Assembly (NCBI GenBank): GCA_963719515.1
Contig: CAVRCJ010000003.1
Location: forward strand, 704,001 to 768,000
Direction of reading: 5' to 3'
DNA length: 64,000 nucleotides
From: an uncultured cyanobacterium
GTDB lineage: Bacteria; Cyanobacteriota; Cyanobacteriia; CAKZMO01
How positions within the stretch are numbered: the stretch's first letter is position 1; each line of letters starts with the position of its first letter. Positions 61,149-64,000 of this stretch are shown in pieces. The notes below the pieces were generated by a model. The model did no database searches. It was given only the letters and a program-made list of their open reading frames with translations, and was not told the DNA's origin. Both the position numbers and the translations under genes were made by a program.

Positions 61149-63233
61149 ATGAGTAAACCCAACGCCATCCCCGCCGTCTCCGTCACCTACGTCCAAGACG
61201 GGACCTCCACAAAATCCAACGCGCTGGGCATGCGCCCGATGCAGGAACGGGCCTACCAAAAGCGCGGCGAACAATACCTGCTGATTAAATCGCCCCCTGC
61301 CTCCGGTAAGAGCCGGGCGCTAATGTTCATTGCCCTCGACAAGCTAGAGAACCAGAGTGTCAAGCAGGCCATCGTCGTCGTTCCCGAAAAGTCCATTGGC
61401 TCTAGCTTCCACGACGAACCGCTGAGCGAGTTCGGGTTTTGGGCTGATTGGCATGTCGAACCCCGGTGGAACCTCTGCGATGCCCCCGGCGGCGACAACG
61501 GCGGGAAAGTCGATGCCGTGAAGACGTTCCTAGATAGCGACGCGAAGGCATTGGTCTGCACCCATGCCACCTTCCGGTTCGCCGTGGAAAAGTTCGGCGT
61601 TGCAGCCTTCGACGATCGCCTCATCGCCGTAGACGAATTTCACCACGTCTCCGCCAACCCTGATAACAAGCTGGGCGACTATATCCGTCAGCTCATGGCC
61701 CGCGAAAGGGCCCATATCGTCGCCATGACCGGCTCCTACTTTCGCGGCGACGCTGAAGCCGTACTGCACCCCGAAGATGAAGCCCGCTTCGATACCGTTA
61801 CCTACACCTACTACGAGCAGCTCAACGGCTACCAATACCTCAAGCAGCTCGACATCGGCTACTACTTTTATTCGGGTAGCTACACCGACGAAATCATGCA
61901 GGTGCTCAATCCGCATGAGAAGACCATCCTGCATATTCCCAACGTCAACTCCCGCGAAAGCACCAAAGACAAAATCCGCGAGGTAGAGCACATCATTGAT
62001 GAGCTGGGGGAATGGCTGGGCGCTGACCCTAACACCGGATTTCAGCGGGTTAAAACTGCTGACGGCACCGTGCTCAAGATTGCCGACCTCGTAGATGACG
62101 ACCCCAGCAAGCGGGACAAAGTCGCCGCCGCCCTCAAAGACCCTACTCAAAAGAACAACCGCGACCATGTTGACATCATCATTGCCCTTGGCATGGCCAA
62201 GGAAGGCTTTGACTGGATCTGGTGCGAGCATGCCCTGACGGTGGGCTACCGCTCTAGCCTGACGGAAATTGTGCAAATCATTGGCCGGGCCACCCGCGAT
62301 GCCCCCAACAAGACCCGCGCCCGGTTCACTAACTTAATTGCTGAACCCGACGCCACTGAAACAGTCGTCACCGAAGCCGTGAACGATACCCTCAAAGCGA
62401 TCGCCGCCAGCCTGCTGATGGAGCAAGTGCTTGCGCCCCGCTTTGAGTTTCGGCCTAAGCGCCGCGACAATGCGCCCACAGATGGCTACGACTACGGCGA
62501 GGATGGCTACGACCCGAGTGGGTGCAACGTGGGCGTCAACCCGAATACTGGCCAGATTCAAATTGAAATTAAGGGACTGGCTGAGCCCAAGAGCCCAGAG
62601 GCTGAGCGGATCTGCCGCGAAGACTTGACCGAACTCGTAACGGCCTTCGTGCAAGATAAGCCAACCATCGAGAAGGGCCTTTTTACAGAAAAAGAGGAGC
62701 TGGTGCCTGAAGAACTGACCCAGGTGCGTATGGGTAAAATTGTTCAAGAGAAATTTCCGGACCTAGGCAACGAAGATCAAGAAGCTATCCGCCAGCATGC
62801 GATCGCCGCGCTCAACCTAGTCCAGCAGGGTAAAAACGTAGTGGGCGAAGCGGCTGGAGCGTACAACGTCAATGCCGATGGCGGCGAGCCGACGAAGAAC
62901 ACGGCTTTGATTGATGGGATAAGAAAGTTTGCCCTCTCAGTCACCGACCTCGATATGGATCTAATCGATCGCATCAACCCCTTTGGTGAAGCCTACGCCA
63001 TCTTGGCAAAGACCATGAGCGAAGAGCGGCTGAAGCAGGTTGCTGCAGTAATCGCCGCTAAGCGAATTAGCCTCACCGTAGACGAAGCGAGAGAACTGGC
63101 CAGGCGGGCGGTACGATTTAAACAAGAGAAAGGCCGAGTCCCTTCCCTTACGGCCACTGACCCCTGGGAAAAACGCATGGCGGAAGGAATCACCTTCTTG
63201 CAGCGCAAGGTAAGAGAGGAGACTGATGGCTAA
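61149..63233 (+). CDS. YeeB-like superfamily 2 helicase
   Basis: PPASGKS, DEFHH, MTGS, MAKEGFD, QIIGRATRD. Confidence 0.88.
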   Translation: MSKPNAIPAVSVTYVQDGTSTKSNALGMRPMQERAYQKRGEQYLLIKSPPASGKSRALMFIALDKLENQSVKQAIVVVPEKSIGSSFHDEPLSEFGFWADWHVEPRWNLCDAPGGDNGGKVDAVKTFLDSDAKALVCTHATFRFAVEKFGVAAFDDRLIAVDEFHHVSANPDNKLGDYIRQLMARERAHIVAMTGSYFRGDAEAVLHPEDEARFDTVTYTYYEQLNGYQYLKQLDIGYYFYSGSYTDEIMQVLNPHEKTILHIPNVNSRESTKDKIREVEHIIDELGEWLGADPNTGFQRVKTADGTVLKIADLVDDDPSKRDKVAAALKDPTQKNNRDHVDIIIALGMAKEGFDWIWCEHALTVGYRSSLTEIVQIIGRATRDAPNKTRARFTNLIAEPDATETVVTEAVNDTLKAIAASLLMEQVLAPRFEFRPKRRDNAPTDGYDYGEDGYDPSGCNVGVNPNTGQIQIEIKGLAEPKSPEAERICREDLTELVTAFVQDKPTIEKGLFTEKEELVPEELTQVRMGKIVQEKFPDLGNEDQEAIRQHAIAALNLVQQGKNVVGEAAGAYNVNADGGEPTKNTALIDGIRKFALSVTDLDMDLIDRINPFGEAYAILAKTMSEERLKQVAAVIAAKRISLTVDEARELARRAVRFKQEKGRVPSLTATDPWEKRMAEGITFLQRKVREETDG

Positions 63234-64000
63234 GCACACCACTGACGCTGATCTGGACCTGCTCGCTGAACTAGGCGTGGATACTGCACCCACCCCCACT
63301 ATTAAGCGGTCCCAGAAAGAAGAACGAATCATTGCGGGCTTTGAGGAAATTGAGCGATTTGTAGAAGAGCACGGCCATTTCCCTCAGCATGGCGAGGACC
63401 GCGATATCTTTGAGCGCCTCTACGCCGTGCGTCTCGATCGCTTGCGAGAATTAGAGGACTGTCGCGAACTGTTGAAGCCGCTAGATTCGCGCGGGCTGCT
63501 AGAGGCCGATGCCGCCTTCGCTCTCCCCATAGGTGAAAATCTAGATGACGAAACGCTGCTCGCAGAACTGGGCGTTGATGCTACCTCAGAAAACGACGTC
63601 ACTCAGCTTACGCATGTTCGCTCCCGCCAGGAAATCAAAGCCGCTGAGGAAATCGCCCAGCGTAACCCCTGCAAAGACTTCGCCGAGTTTGAGCCTGTTT
63701 TTAAGCAAGTGCAGCAGGACTTGGACGCCGGAGTACGGCAAACGCTGAAGTATCAAGACAATGCAGCAATCAACACAGGTGACTTATTCATTCTGGATGG
63801 GCAAAAAGTATTGGTAGCCGACATGGGCGAGCCGTTCGTGAGCGACTATGGCCGCCAGGACCGTAGACTACGGGTGATTTACGACAACGCGACCGAGAGC
63901 GATTTACTATTGCGATCTCTCCAGAGAGCCTTAAATAAAGACAAAGCTAGTCGCCGAATTACTAAGACAGAGAACTTTGGTCCCCTGTTCTCCCATACTG
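63226..64000 (+). CDS. YeeC-like protein (GIY-YIG/T5orf172 nuclease family), runs off the right edge
   Basis: Manual translation from ATG 63226: MAKHTTDADLDLLAELGV...EERIIAGFEEIERF...RDIFERLYAVRLD...RLRVIYDNATESDLLLRSLQRAL; the nuclease domain itself is not visible in the window. Confidence 0.75.
   Translation, partial: MAKHTTDADLDLLAELGVDTAPTPTIKRSQKEERIIAGFEEIERFVEEHGHFPQHGEDRDIFERLYAVRLDRLRELEDCRELLKPLDSRGLLEADAAFALPIGENLDDETLLAELGVDATSENDVTQLTHVRSRQEIKAAEEIAQRNPCKDFAEFEPVFKQVQQDLDAGVRQTLKYQDNAAINTGDLFILDGQKVLVADMGEPFVSDYGRQDRRLRVIYDNATESDLLLRSLQRALNKDKASRRITKTENFGPLFSHT

Overview
Cyanobacterial chromosomal window: the HIP1 octamer GCGATCGC is very frequent, and an hli gene, a pentapeptide-repeat gene and Uma2 genes are present. 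Housekeeping genes (pepA, fmt, pgk, ylqF, putA, intein-containing class II RNR nrdJ) are interspersed with many small mobile or palindromic repeats. Highlights: (1) a five-gene cluster at 33.5-38.0 kb (polyprenyl-phosphate phosphoribosyltransferase, HAD phosphatase, SMR-type flippase, GT-C transferase, PRPP synthetase) that reads as a complete lipid-linked ribofuranosylation pathway with no epimerase; (2) three protein-free IS200/IS605 derivatives that keep a promoter, an omegaRNA-like body, a TCAC right end and a TTAG target, two of them in tandem; (3) a structured, RBS-occluding leader conserved ahead of two copies of an uncharacterised small protein; (4) an hphA/hphCD-like chain-elongation pair next to an Sfp-type PPTase; (5) a YeeA/YeeB/YeeC-like methyltransferase-helicase-nuclease defence locus with an AT-rich recognition domain and an embedded DUF433/PIN toxin-antitoxin pair. 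I found no tRNA, rRNA or CRISPR array. All calls come from reading motifs by eye; no database searches were run.
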